A stretch of DNA of 64,000 nucleotides from Desulfobacterales bacterium (GTDB taxonomy: Bacteria > Desulfobacterota > Desulfobacteria > Desulfobacterales > UBA5852): positions 704,001 to 768,000 of the forward strand of contig CAXXVS010000003.1 of the NCBI GenBank assembly GCA_963674755.2, read 5' to 3'. The notes beneath the pieces were generated by a model. It was not told where the DNA came from. It saw only the letters and a program-made list of their open reading frames with translations, and ran no database searches. The translations under genes were made by a program, and so were the position numbers. Positions 43,070 through 52,156 of the stretch are shown here, in pieces; the stretch's first letter is position 1; each line of letters opens with the position of its first letter.

Positions 43070-43488
43070 TGTCCGAGGAGCGCACCATCAGCGATGCGTC
43101 GTTTCAGGAATATCTGGCGGAAGAGCGCCTGATGGGCTGCCGCTGCCGAAATTGCGGCGCCCTTTTCCTGCCGCCCACACCGGTCTGCACCTGCTGCTAC
43201 CGCCAGGCGATGGAATGGCTGGCCATGCCGCAGGAGGGCACCCTGGCGGCCTTCACCTGCATCACGGTTTGCCCGCCCGCCATGACGCGGGAGGGCTTCG
43301 GCCGGGACAACCCTTACTGCACCGGGGTGGTGGCCCTGGCCGACGGCCTGCGGGTGACCACCCGCATCCATGGGGTGGACGCCCGCCGCCCGGAGACGAT
43401 CAAGGTGGGGATGCCCATGAAGGCCGCCTTCCTGCCCCGGGAAGAAGACGGCCGGAAAACGACCTTGTTAGCCTTTGGTCCGGCCTGA
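43066..43488 (+). CDS. DUF35 Zn-ribbon/OB-fold protein (thiolase partner)
   Basis: CRNCG..FLPPTPVCTCC, GTLAAFT, PY..GVVALADG; overlaps thiolase stop. Confidence 0.88.
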   Translation: MMSEERTISDASFQEYLAEERLMGCRCRNCGALFLPPTPVCTCCYRQAMEWLAMPQEGTLAAFTCITVCPPAMTREGFGRDNPYCTGVVALADGLRVTTRIHGVDARRPETIKVGMPMKAAFLPREEDGRKTTLLAFGPA

Positions 43489-43493
43489 AGCAA

Positions 43494-43661
43494 GGCGTGA
43501 CAGGCTTCAGGCGCCCGTGTCCCGCCTCCGGCAAGCCTTCGGCGGGCAGGCCCGCTTTCAGGATGACTTAGACGGATAAGGCCTTCTGCGGAAGACTTCA
43601 AGGATAAGCAGGCCGACACGCTTATCCCGCCCCCATCGTCGATGCTCGGCGCGGGGCAAAG
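43494..43661 (+). repeat. family B palindromic repeat, partial
   Basis: ggcgtgacaggcttca..gtgtcccg start shared with 50080 region; ends gatgctcggcgcggggcaaag. Confidence 0.55.
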
Positions 43662-43707
43662 CATTATAAAAGCATTAGAAAGCCCCCTTATTAAATCGGG
43701 AGATACC

Positions 43708-44226
43708 ATGAGCCATCTCTTTTCCTCGATCCTTCTAGCCACCAATCTGAAGCCGTCCTGCCGCCAGGCCTTTGAGATCGCCGCCGCCCTGGCGATTCGG
43801 CACCAAGCGGCCCTGGTGCTGGTGCACGTGCTCGAACAGGTGCCCGACTATGTCCAGAAAAACATCCAGACCATGCTGGGCAAAAGCGCTTACGACGAAC
43901 TCTCCCGCAAATACGAGAACAAGGCGCGCAATTTCCTGATCGGCAAGAAGTCCTCCAACCAGTTCATCCACGACGCGCTGGCGGAATTCTGCACCGTGGC
44001 CGGCATCGACGAGATCGCCTGCGACGGACCGTCCCGCCACGTGGTGGTAGCGGAAGGCCACCCGGTCAGCCAAATTCTTGAAACCGCCCGGACCCACAAC
44101 TGCGACCTCATCGTCATGGGGGCCCGGGAAGGGTTTCTGGCGGACAACGCCATCGGCGCCACCATCAAGGCCGTCATGCGCAGCTCCCGGGTGCCGGTCA
44201 TGATGGTTCCGCCCCTGGAAAGCTGA
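43708..44226 (+). CDS. universal stress protein
   Basis: ILLATNL, LVLVHV, GHPVSQIL, DLIVMGA, IGATIKAVMRSSRVPVMMVP. Confidence 0.9.
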   Translation: MSHLFSSILLATNLKPSCRQAFEIAAALAIRHQAALVLVHVLEQVPDYVQKNIQTMLGKSAYDELSRKYENKARNFLIGKKSSNQFIHDALAEFCTVAGIDEIACDGPSRHVVVAEGHPVSQILETARTHNCDLIVMGAREGFLADNAIGATIKAVMRSSRVPVMMVPPLES

Positions 44227-44628
44227 ACGCGCGGCCCACGGCGGCCAGGCGCCCGCCTGGCCCGCAAGACGGCCCTGGCAGCAATTGTCCGACGTCGCGG
44301 GCGGCCCCGGTAAGCACCTTCATTCAAGCCGGCACACCCATACCGGGGCGGCCCGCGATCGCGGGGTTTGCCGTGAACCTGCAGCCCGGCCTCCTCCGGA
44401 CCGGACGGCCCCTGTTTTTTCGCCCCGATCCCCCGTGCGCTGCGGGCCTTGAAGCACCGAGGCGTCTGGTTGGTCAGCAAACCACCCGCGACATCGAAGC
44501 CCGCAAGCCATTCCGACCTTAATCGCTTCGTGTTACAAAGCACCGTTAGTTTCGATCTGAGCCTCCACCCCTGGTGGAGGACGCGGAGAGGTTCTACCGA
44601 TCCAGGGCGCCGTTACATCAATAGGATC

Positions 44629-44807
44629 CTTCATTTTCTTGCACGTGCAAGAAAACGGAAGCAAAAGAAAACGCCCGTGTCCCGCTTAACCCTGCGCGTC
44701 GTCGACACGGCCGGAGCGCGCGGAAACTCCCCCGCCTGCGGCGGGGTCAGACAGTCCGCGCGCCTTTATCCGGCCGCATCGCCGATGCTCGGCGCGGGAC
44801 AAAGGGA
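44629..44807 (+). repeat. family B palindromic repeat
   Basis: ttttcttgcacgtgcaagaaaa hairpin, cctgcgcgtcgt, ggagcgcgcggaaactc, gatgctcggcgcgggacaaaggga. Confidence 0.8.
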
Positions 44808-44980
44808 CATCCAAAACCTCAAAAGCTGTTTTCAAGCCCCCTTCAAGGGGGCTTCCTGAGGTCTCCCGCGATGCGGGAGGAGACTCGCATGCGCCGGATC
44901 GCCCATTTGGGGGATGCTTTTCCGCTCGGCGGCGGCCATGATAGCTGGCGCCAACAACCGCAAGACCCCGGGGGAGCGAA

Positions 44981-45625
44981 ATGACCTTTGCAACGTTCTT
45001 TTCAAATCAGGCCCGGAAGCCCACCGGGCTGTTCGGCCGCTTTGTGGCCTCGCAAATTTTCAAAAAGGGCAACGCCGAGATGAATGCCTTCATCTACGAC
45101 AGTCTGTCCATCCGCGAAGACGATGATATCCTCGAGATCGGCTTCGGCCCCGGCGAGCTTATTCACGCCATGGCGTGCCGTGTGGACCGTGGGCGGGTGG
45201 AGGGGGTCGATTTCTCGGAGACGATGCTGGCCATCGCGCAACGGAGGAACCGGCAGCATATCCGAACTGGCAAGGTCAGGCTGCACCTCGGCGATTTCGA
45301 CGGGATGGCCTTCGACGGCCGCCGGTTCGACACCATCGTCACCGTCAACACCGTCTATTTCTGGCCGCAGCCGGAGGCGACCATCGCCAGGATAGGGGAT
45401 CTATTAAAGCCGGGGGGACGCCTGGCCGTCGGTTTCCATGAAAAAGCCGAGATGCAGGATTCAAATCTCAGCCGCGATGTGTTCCGGTTCTATTCCCCCC
45501 GGGATATGGAAGCGCTCTTGGCCACCTGCGGTGCTTTTGAACATATCGCGATCGCCTCCAGAAACGGAAAAGCAAAGAAGCTGCACTGCGCCGTCGGCAC
45601 CAAGGCGATCCGCCAAACCACCTAA
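44981..45625 (+). CDS. class I SAM-dependent methyltransferase
   Basis: ILEIGFGPG, GVDFS, FDTIVTVNTVYFW, LKPGGRL. Confidence 0.9.
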   Translation: MTFATFFSNQARKPTGLFGRFVASQIFKKGNAEMNAFIYDSLSIREDDDILEIGFGPGELIHAMACRVDRGRVEGVDFSETMLAIAQRRNRQHIRTGKVRLHLGDFDGMAFDGRRFDTIVTVNTVYFWPQPEATIARIGDLLKPGGRLAVGFHEKAEMQDSNLSRDVFRFYSPRDMEALLATCGAFEHIAIASRNGKAKKLHCAVGTKAIRQTT

Positions 45626-46095
45626 CGCCGGATGCATTTCAAACCATGTTTCTCCATGTTCCAGTAGATGCACTTTTTGGCCCAGGTGGGGCAGATCTCG
45701 GCATGCTTGCCGGAGACTTTGGTGACGATGATCGGATGCCGGCGATATTTCATTAAGGTCTCCACGGCCTCTGTTTTGGTCACCTCTCTGGCCTTGCCGG
45801 CATTCACCATCCCTTCCGCCAGTTCATCCAGGAAAACCGATTCCGTAAGTGGCGCTTCCGTGTGCACCGCTTTGCAGACCCGGGGTCCCACGGCGCACTG
45901 CCGGGCGTCCTCGATCAGCCGGATGGCCTGATCGATGGTCAGCTTGAGGGGCGCCAGCTTGGCCACGTTTTCCGACAGGATATCCCCGATGCGGGTTCCG
46001 GCCAGGGACGACTTGCCGGCCGCGTCGAAGATGGCGAAACTCTTTTCAATCTGTCCACATACTTTTCCCGAGACATAGTCTTCGATCGTTGCCAT
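45622..46095 (-). CDS. hypothetical Cys-containing protein (possible Fe-S related)
   Basis: RBS AAGGAG; CAVGPRVC and ICPTWAKKC; converges on the methyltransferase. Confidence 0.65.
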   Translation of the reverse strand: MATIEDYVSGKVCGQIEKSFAIFDAAGKSSLAGTRIGDILSENVAKLAPLKLTIDQAIRLIEDARQCAVGPRVCKAVHTEAPLTESVFLDELAEGMVNAGKAREVTKTEAVETLMKYRRHPIIVTKVSGKHAEICPTWAKKCIYWNMEKHGLKCIRR

Positions 46096-46201
46096 GTGCG
46101 GCTCCTTGTATTTGCTTCAATATTCAGGTCACCTATTCCGGCGGCATCCTTAGGAACTTTTAGGATTGCACCGTCATTAAAACGGTTTGGAAAGGCAACG
46201 C

Positions 46202-46219
46202 ATCCCCCGAATGGGCGAT
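46202..46219. promoter_or_regulatory. ATCCCCC-N4-GGGGGAT operator candidate, site 1
   Basis: atccccc-gaat-gggcgat in the divergent intergenic region. Confidence 0.55.
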
Positions 46220-46248
46220 GCGGCAAAAGGCCAAATGTTGTTTATCTA

Positions 46249-46445
46249 ATGTCCATCCAGAGATGGTAGATTTTGGTTCCTGGTCCCGCCGCACAGCGCG
46301 GGATTTCGCATCTGATCCGTATATACATCGGTGTTCAACAAACCGCAGCCGACGGGGTACCGCTGGCGTAGCCCGGCTACGCCGAGGACACTCAGGAGGA
46401 GAGAACGCCGCCAGGGGACAAAAGATGCCATTTATGGATGGACAC
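46249..46445 (-). repeat. 197-bp MITE/REP-like element, family A, copy 3
   Basis: Nearly identical to 14314-14510 over about the first 100 bp; ends atgtccatccagagatgg / ccatttatggatggacac. Confidence 0.85.
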
Positions 46446-46596
46446 TATCTAACCTAATAGGTCCCTTCATTTTCTTTTTTGAAGCAAAGTCGGAGGAGAG
46501 ACACTGAGATTTTCCGCTCTGCGGGAGGCGCCTCGTTTCGGATGATTTCTGTGTGAACACAGAGAATGCAGTAGAGAACAATTGAGGAGGGGAATC

Positions 46597-47241
46597 ATGC
46601 CAGCCGACAACCCGGTATTCGAAAAGCATTACAGGTCTTATCTGGAGGAAATCGCCAAGGTCGATCTCAGGGCGATAAACGATACCCTGGGATGCCGCAT
46701 GGACGGCGATCGCATCGTGATCCCGTTTTTCGGGGGGGACTACCGCGTATCGCCGGACGGCATTGCCGATGATCAAGACCACAAGCCGGGATACGTGGTT
46801 TGTGTCGTTCTCTCCAAATATCTTCTGCGTTGCCCTGCGGTCGTCCCGGCCAGCGATGGGTGGGTGTCGTTCAAGGATTTTAAAGCCACCTCCCATTTTA
46901 CCAATAGCAACTATTTTGCCAGTGACACCGAGCAGGCCATCGTGAAAGGCTTTAGCGGAAGGCTCGACGATTTGTCGGAAGCGTGCCGGCAAACGGGCGG
47001 TGTGCCGCACGAGGCCGGGATGCCCTACGATCTTTCCGTGCGGTTCGAGGCGCTTCCCAAGGTATCGCTCCTGCTGCTCTTCAACGACCGGGACGATGAA
47101 TTCCCGGCCGGCTGCAAGGTCCTTTTCAACCGGCGGGCCGAATGCTATCTGGATCCGGAATCCTTGGCGATGACCGGCGGCTTGCTCGCCAGAAGGCTTA
47201 CGAATGCCTGCGAAAAGCTTCAAATGGAAGATATCGGATAA
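46597..47241 (+). CDS. DUF3786 domain protein
   Basis: WVSFKDFK, FEALPKVSLLLLFNDRDDEFPAGCKVLF...YLDPESL. Confidence 0.8.
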   Translation: MPADNPVFEKHYRSYLEEIAKVDLRAINDTLGCRMDGDRIVIPFFGGDYRVSPDGIADDQDHKPGYVVCVVLSKYLLRCPAVVPASDGWVSFKDFKATSHFTNSNYFASDTEQAIVKGFSGRLDDLSEACRQTGGVPHEAGMPYDLSVRFEALPKVSLLLLFNDRDDEFPAGCKVLFNRRAECYLDPESLAMTGGLLARRLTNACEKLQMEDIG

Positions 47242-47344
47242 TTCCGAAAAAAGTCCACACTATAAGCCATTGCTTTGACTTAAACTCTCCACTCCTGGTG
47301 AAACGCTTATAGGATATTATCAATATAGCATAGTTATTCCTGTT

Positions 47345-47513
47345 GTTACTTTTCTTCCGTGTGGCAGAAAAGTAACCAAAAGAAGACACCATGTCTCGCT
47401 CAATCCTGCGCGTCGTTGCGGCGGCCGGAGCACGCGGAAACTCGCTTCGCTCAAACAGTCCGCGCGCTTATATCCGTCCACCCCAACGATGCTCAGCGCG
47501 AGACAAAGGGAAA
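47345..47513 (+). repeat. family B palindromic repeat
   Basis: gttacttttct..agaaaagtaaccaaaagaa, actcgcttcgctcaaaca, gatgctcagcgcgagacaaaggg. Confidence 0.8.
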
Positions 47514-47555
47514 TACAAAACCAAAAACCCAAAAACCGATTCAGACACACGGCAC

Positions 47556-47573
47556 ATCGCCCGAAGTGGGGAT
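47556..47573. promoter_or_regulatory. ATCCCCC-N4-GGGGGAT operator candidate, site 2
   Basis: atcgccc-gaag-tggggat upstream of the Fe-S/LuxR regulator. Confidence 0.5.
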
Positions 47574-47695
47574 CTATTGCTATATTCGTGCATCCTTCAT
47601 GGGCATTTCAAGAAAAAGGGTTGTCGATTTTAGGTCGGCTACGGTATGGGAATGGCTAATCCAAACCACGTATGAATATCGCAAAGGATGGCACC

Positions 47696-48574
47696 ATGCT
47701 CATCACGGGGTATTCCGACCTGTCCCTTACCCGCGGGGGGATTCTCCAGGATTTAACCTCCGAGCCGATCTGGGGCGCCTATTTCAGGCTCGACAGCGAT
47801 ATCCGTGCGGTATTTCCCTTCATCAACGGCGCGGTGGAGAAGGTCCGCTATCAATTGCGCCCCCTGCATGTCCGCTTTCTCTATCGGGAAGTGGCCTGCA
47901 CCCTCTATCCGAAGGAAGCCATGGCGGCCCCCCTGCGGGGGCGCGACCATGCGGTCGCCTATATCGACGCGCTGATCGTGTTCCTGAACAACCTGTATGA
48001 AAGGCGCTCTGCGCTGACGCCGAGCCACAAGCTTTACCAGCCGCCTGTCTCCGTGGTGGACATTGTTAAAATGCTGCCCCTCACCAATTGCCGAAAATGC
48101 GGCTATCCCACCTGCATGGCCTTTGCGGCCGCGATCCGCAAGGGCAAGGCCCTGCCGGAAGACTGTCCCGATTTTGCGGCACCCATCACGATCTGCAAGA
48201 TTTACCCGGTCTTCGGGCCGGAAGGCGCCCTAGAATCCACCCTGTCCATCGAAAGCGGCCTTACCCCGATGACGGCCGGAGAGAACAACGCTGAGGAGCA
48301 GGAGGCGGATGCAGGAGAGCCGTCCCAAACAGCCGCAGACGGCGAGGCGCCGCTTTACGACCGCTACGGCATCCGCATCCAGTATGATCTCACGCCGCGG
48401 GAAATCCAGGTGTTGCGCTACCTGGCCGAGGGCGCCAGCAACCCGGAGATCTCGGAAGCCCTCAACATCAGCCCCCACACCGTCAAATCCCATGTCATCC
48501 ACATCTTCAACAAGATCAATGTGAACGATCGGACCCAGGCGGCGGTTTGGGCGGTGCAGAACAAGGTAATTTAA
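47696..48574 (+). CDS. Fe-S cluster domain (CdhE/RnfB N-terminal type) fused to LuxR HTH regulator
   Basis: LPLTNCRKCGYPTCMAFA...CP then LTPREIQVLRYLAEGASNPEIS...TVKSHVIHIFNKINVNDRTQAAVWA; start may be 47672. Confidence 0.85.
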   Translation: MLITGYSDLSLTRGGILQDLTSEPIWGAYFRLDSDIRAVFPFINGAVEKVRYQLRPLHVRFLYREVACTLYPKEAMAAPLRGRDHAVAYIDALIVFLNNLYERRSALTPSHKLYQPPVSVVDIVKMLPLTNCRKCGYPTCMAFAAAIRKGKALPEDCPDFAAPITICKIYPVFGPEGALESTLSIESGLTPMTAGENNAEEQEADAGEPSQTAADGEAPLYDRYGIRIQYDLTPREIQVLRYLAEGASNPEISEALNISPHTVKSHVIHIFNKINVNDRTQAAVWAVQNKVI

Positions 48575-48575
48575 G

Positions 48576-48720
48576 TAGAAGCGATCTCAAAAATGTCTTT
48601 TGGTCCCATATCGGCGTTGGACGCTCGTTTCATGTCCTCGAAATACATAAGTATTCCTGCGGATGAAACTCACCTCCGCCTTGATCTGGAACCAAAATCC
48701 AAATTTTGAGAAGGCTTCTA
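48576..48720. repeat. 145-bp MITE-like element
   Basis: Terminal IR tagaagcgatctcaaaaat / aattttgagaaggcttcta. Confidence 0.7.
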
Positions 48721-48886
48721 CGTCCCCCCAGAAACGGCATCTTTTGGCCCCGGTCGGTGTTCTCGCTCTCCGTAAATCCGCGACGTAGCCAACTACGCAA
48801 CGCTATCGCTCATACGGCTACGCCGTCGGTCTCAAGATCGCTGCGGCCTTGGCCGGAACAAAAATCTACCATTTCTGAACGAACAC
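48720..48886 (+). repeat. family A variant (shorter)
   Basis: Ends gtccccccagaaacggcatctttt / aaaatctaccatttctgaacgaacac match family A; cgtagcc..ggctacg core. Confidence 0.7.
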
Positions 48887-48934
48887 TGGCTGGTGTTGGC
48901 CCATCCGGAAATAGGCAAAGAGGAGATTTAAGGA

Positions 48935-49126
48935 TAGAATGCATTTCAAAATTAAGATCAGGGTTCCTGACAAGGCGTGAGACGGTGAAAAAGCGGAGCA
49001 TACACGAAGTATGTGAGCATTTTGAGTCGGCTCGCTATGCCCCCTATTCCTAAATATCAGATGCGGTATCCAGCATCGCTGGAAACGCCGTCAGGGGCAC
49101 TTAGATTATTTTTGAGATACGTTCTA
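48935..49126. repeat. 192-bp MITE-like element
   Basis: Terminal IR tagaatgcatttcaaaattaa / ttatttttgagatacgttcta; internal catac..gtatg hairpin. Confidence 0.7.
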
Positions 49127-49130
49127 TGCG

Positions 49131-49931
49131 TCAGCCATGACGCCGCGCGATTTTCTCAAACATCAGGGATAGCCCCGCGCCCAATGTGTAGATGGCCTCG
49201 ATCCTGAGGTTGGCCTCGGCCGTGTCGTCGAAAAACAGGTTCAGCTCCGATGGCATGCCTTCATCCGGTTTCCAGTAGCAAACGAGCAGCGGCAGTTTGG
49301 GCAGGGGGTGCAGGACTACTCCGATGTCCGCGTCGAAGTGCTGTTCCACCAGCCGTCCGTTGAACAGGTGCACCATATCCTCGAACAGATCGGTGTAGGT
49401 GTCGGCCACGGCCTTCATGGGCTTCGTGCAGCGCTGGTCGAAAAACAGGTGCCAGTCCCGGCCACCCTTGAGCTCCCGCAGGGGGACCCAGTTGCCGGAC
49501 GGGGTTTGGCCTTCACCGGCCAGGATATAGGTCAGCACCGGCCCGGCGATCCAGCCATGGACATGAATATCGGTGCTAAACTGCCCCTGTTGGTCGACGC
49601 TGATTTCCTTGCCGAGGGTACGCAGGGTCAATTTGCCGTTGACGTAGCGGCCCCCCAGGCGTTCGGCCGCCTGGGCCAGGTCGACCCCCGCGATTTGGCG
49701 CTGCATCTGCCGCAGGGCTTCCTCGCCGTCCTGGTCCATCGTTCGGGCTTTTTCAACCCCGTCGCCGTACTTGGCGGCAATGGCCGGATCCAGCCGGGGG
49801 CATTCGGCAAGCTGTCGGGCCCCCTTGAAGACGGCTGCGGCAAACGCCAGGCAGGTGGCCTCCTCGCACTGCCGGCAATTTGATTTTTCCAATAGCTTGA
49901 AGACTTCCATGGTGTTTTTGATTTGGGGCAT
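49131..49931 (-). CDS. Fe-S cluster domain + DUF3786 protein
   Basis: LEKSNCRQCEEATCLAFA...CP N-terminus; WVPLRELKGG and PLPKLPLLVCYWKPDEGMPSELNLFFD. Confidence 0.82.
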   Translation of the reverse strand: MPQIKNTMEVFKLLEKSNCRQCEEATCLAFAAAVFKGARQLAECPRLDPAIAAKYGDGVEKARTMDQDGEEALRQMQRQIAGVDLAQAAERLGGRYVNGKLTLRTLGKEISVDQQGQFSTDIHVHGWIAGPVLTYILAGEGQTPSGNWVPLRELKGGRDWHLFFDQRCTKPMKAVADTYTDLFEDMVHLFNGRLVEQHFDADIGVVLHPLPKLPLLVCYWKPDEGMPSELNLFFDDTAEANLRIEAIYTLGAGLSLMFEKIARRHG

Positions 49932-50025
49932 ACTAGCCTCCCGGTTGTTTATGATCTGAGCCATCCCCCAACGGTGGATTCCTCGGAGTGGCTCTATCGA
50001 TTCGTGCTGATTATTGAAATCGATT

Positions 50026-50396
50026 CTTCATTTTCTGTCGCGTGACAGAAAACGAAGCAATCACGCCTTCCCTGAAAACGGCGTGACAGGCTTCAAACGC
50101 CAGTGTCCCGCGGCCCCTTCGGGGCTGACCTGCGCTTCTCCAAACCGGTGATGCAGCAAGAATCATGCTGTCAGGCAAGGCGCCAGGGGAAGCGAGGCGC
50201 GCAGCAATCGTCAGATTGTGAGCACTCGAGCGAGCCGGGCAACGCCGCATGGCGGCATGAGGCGCCGCTGGATCATCCGGTTTCGGACGGAGCGCGCGGT
50301 GACTCGCCCGCCTTCGCCAAGGTTGCGGCGGACTCAAACAGTCCGCGTGCTTTTATCCGGTCGCCCCGCCGATGCTCAGCGCGGGACAAAGGGAAA
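50026..50396 (+). repeat. family B repeat, extended by an internal insertion
   Basis: Starts cttcattttctgtcgcgtgacagaaaacgaagcaa, ends gatgctcagcgcgggacaaagggaaa; about 190 bp longer than other copies. Confidence 0.7.
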
Positions 50397-50499
50397 CGCA
50401 AGACCAAAGAATCAAAAGTCCTTTTGAGAGGCTACTTCAGGTCTATCGCTATGTTAGTGGGGCTTTTGACTAAATTTATGAAAAGGGAGAGACGATGCC

Positions 50500-50517
50500 A
50501 TCCCCCAAATGGGGGAT
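50500..50517. promoter_or_regulatory. ATCCCCC-N4-GGGGGAT operator candidate, site 3 (perfect)
   Basis: atccccc-aaat-gggggat in the divergent region upstream of 49931 and 50965. Confidence 0.6.
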
Positions 50518-50552
50518 TTGTTATGAAACGGAACACTTCAATTTGCCTTTAG

Positions 50553-50581
50553 CGTCATTCCCGGGCTTGGCCCGGGAATCC
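50553..50581 (+). repeat. CGTC-type REP-like hairpin
   Basis: cgtcattcccgggcttggcccgggaatcc: CGTC tetranucleotide followed by GC-rich stem. Confidence 0.5.
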
Positions 50582-50964
50582 CGCTTCCAAAATTTTCAAC
50601 ACCTGATGGCTCCCAACTCGCTTTACCCCGATGCTGTTCAACAGGCCCCCGCTGGCGGGACTGTTTGACGACCGCCCGAGAATATCATGCAACATCAATA
50701 AGATTGGGTATTTGACGCGGGGTGTAGGGCTTTACAGACATGACGCAAGGTGGTAGGTGAGAGGTATTTCAACGAAGCCTTTTCAAAATGTGGATTTTCG
50801 TTTTTGGAATCGCTTCAGCTGCAGACAGCCGGCCATCCCGCCCCCTTCGCCGCAACGGCGTGCAGTTCCCGAAGGCGTTGCATAGCGCCCAAAGCCGCAC
50901 TTGGAAGGTGCTCATGCCCTAGCATTCGAAATCGGTTCGTATCCCCCCAGCCAAGGACGACCGC

Positions 50965-51834
50965 ATGAAAAAAGGTTTTCTGGCGTGTTTCTCGATTTTC
51001 CTCCTCCTGGCGTTCCTCTCGCCGGCCGCAGCCGACTCCCCCGTCTGGAAAGTGAGTAAAGGGGATCGCCACCTCTTTATCGGCGGCACGGTGCACATCC
51101 TGACCCAGGCCGACTACCCCCTGCCGGAGGCCTTTGAGCAGGCCTACGGCGCGTCGTCGGTCATCGTGTTCGAAGCGGACTTTCGGGAATTGCAGACCCC
51201 GGAATTTCAGCAGGCGCTCCTCAGCCGGGCCAAATATCCCGAGGGCCGCAATCTGATGATGTTCCTGAAGGACGACACGCGCCAGCACCTGGTGCAGTAC
51301 CTTACCGAGCGCCAGATTCCCATGGACAACCTGATAAAATTTAAGGCCGGCATGGTGGCCATGACCCTGACCATGGTGGAATTGCAGCGGCTGGGGCTTG
51401 CCGGTTCGGGGGTCGACCAGTTTTTCAGCCTGCGGGCCCTGAACGACCAAAAGGAAATCGGCCACCTGGAGACTGCCGACGAGCAGTTGGATTTCATTGC
51501 CGGCATGGGGGAGGGCAAGGAGGACGCGCTGATCGCCTACACCCTGCGCCAGATGGAAGACCTGCCGGAAATGCTGCAGGCCATGAAGGCGGCCTGGCGC
51601 GCGGGGGACAACGCTAAATTGGAAGAAGTGGCCCTGAAACCCATGGAGAAGGATTTCCCGGTCATGACGGACCGCGTCGTCGAGGACCGCAACGATGCCT
51701 GGCTGCCCAAGATCGAGGCCATGCTCCGGACCGAGGAGGTCGAGCTGGTTTTGGTGGGGGCGCTGCATTTGGTAGGGGAGGAAGGGTTGCTGGAGCAGTT
51801 GAAAGAAAAGGGGTACGATATAGAAAACCTTTAG
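50965..51834 (+). CDS. TraB/GumN family protein
   Basis: Signal peptide; GGTVH, GVD, LETADEQ, DRNDAW, VGALHLVG. Confidence 0.9.
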   Translation: MKKGFLACFSIFLLLAFLSPAAADSPVWKVSKGDRHLFIGGTVHILTQADYPLPEAFEQAYGASSVIVFEADFRELQTPEFQQALLSRAKYPEGRNLMMFLKDDTRQHLVQYLTERQIPMDNLIKFKAGMVAMTLTMVELQRLGLAGSGVDQFFSLRALNDQKEIGHLETADEQLDFIAGMGEGKEDALIAYTLRQMEDLPEMLQAMKAAWRAGDNAKLEEVALKPMEKDFPVMTDRVVEDRNDAWLPKIEAMLRTEEVELVLVGALHLVGEEGLLEQLKEKGYDIENL

Positions 51835-51918
51835 TTAGGTGGTCACAATTTGTGACCACCTAAGAAAGGTTTTCTGAAGTAGGTATTTTAAATGGTTTAA
51901 AGCCCTTGGTTTTCACTG

Positions 51919-52087
51919 TTCCCTTTGTCCCGCGCTGAGCATCAGCGATGGGGGCGGATGAAGCGTGTCGGCCTGTCTGAGCGAAGCGAGTTCCGACACG
52001 CGCCGACTCCGTCGATGACGCGCAGGAAGAAGCGGGACACGGGCGTCTTCTTTTGGTTACTTTTCTGCCACGCGGAAGAAAAGTAAC
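51919..52087 (-). repeat. family B palindromic repeat (reverse)
   Basis: ccctttgtcccgcgctgagcatc ... tgagcgaagcgagt ... ttcttttggttacttttct..agaaaagtaac. Confidence 0.8.
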
Positions 52088-52156
52088 ATTGGAAAAAAAC
52101 AATAGATCTGTAGAACTGCTGTAGATCAAATCTATAAGAACGAAAAGGCTTAAACC

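Noticed and set aside
44562..44580. MerR-like palindrome cctccacc-cct-ggtggagg
   Set aside because: No -35/-10 pair around it and no MerR gene or convincing target nearby.
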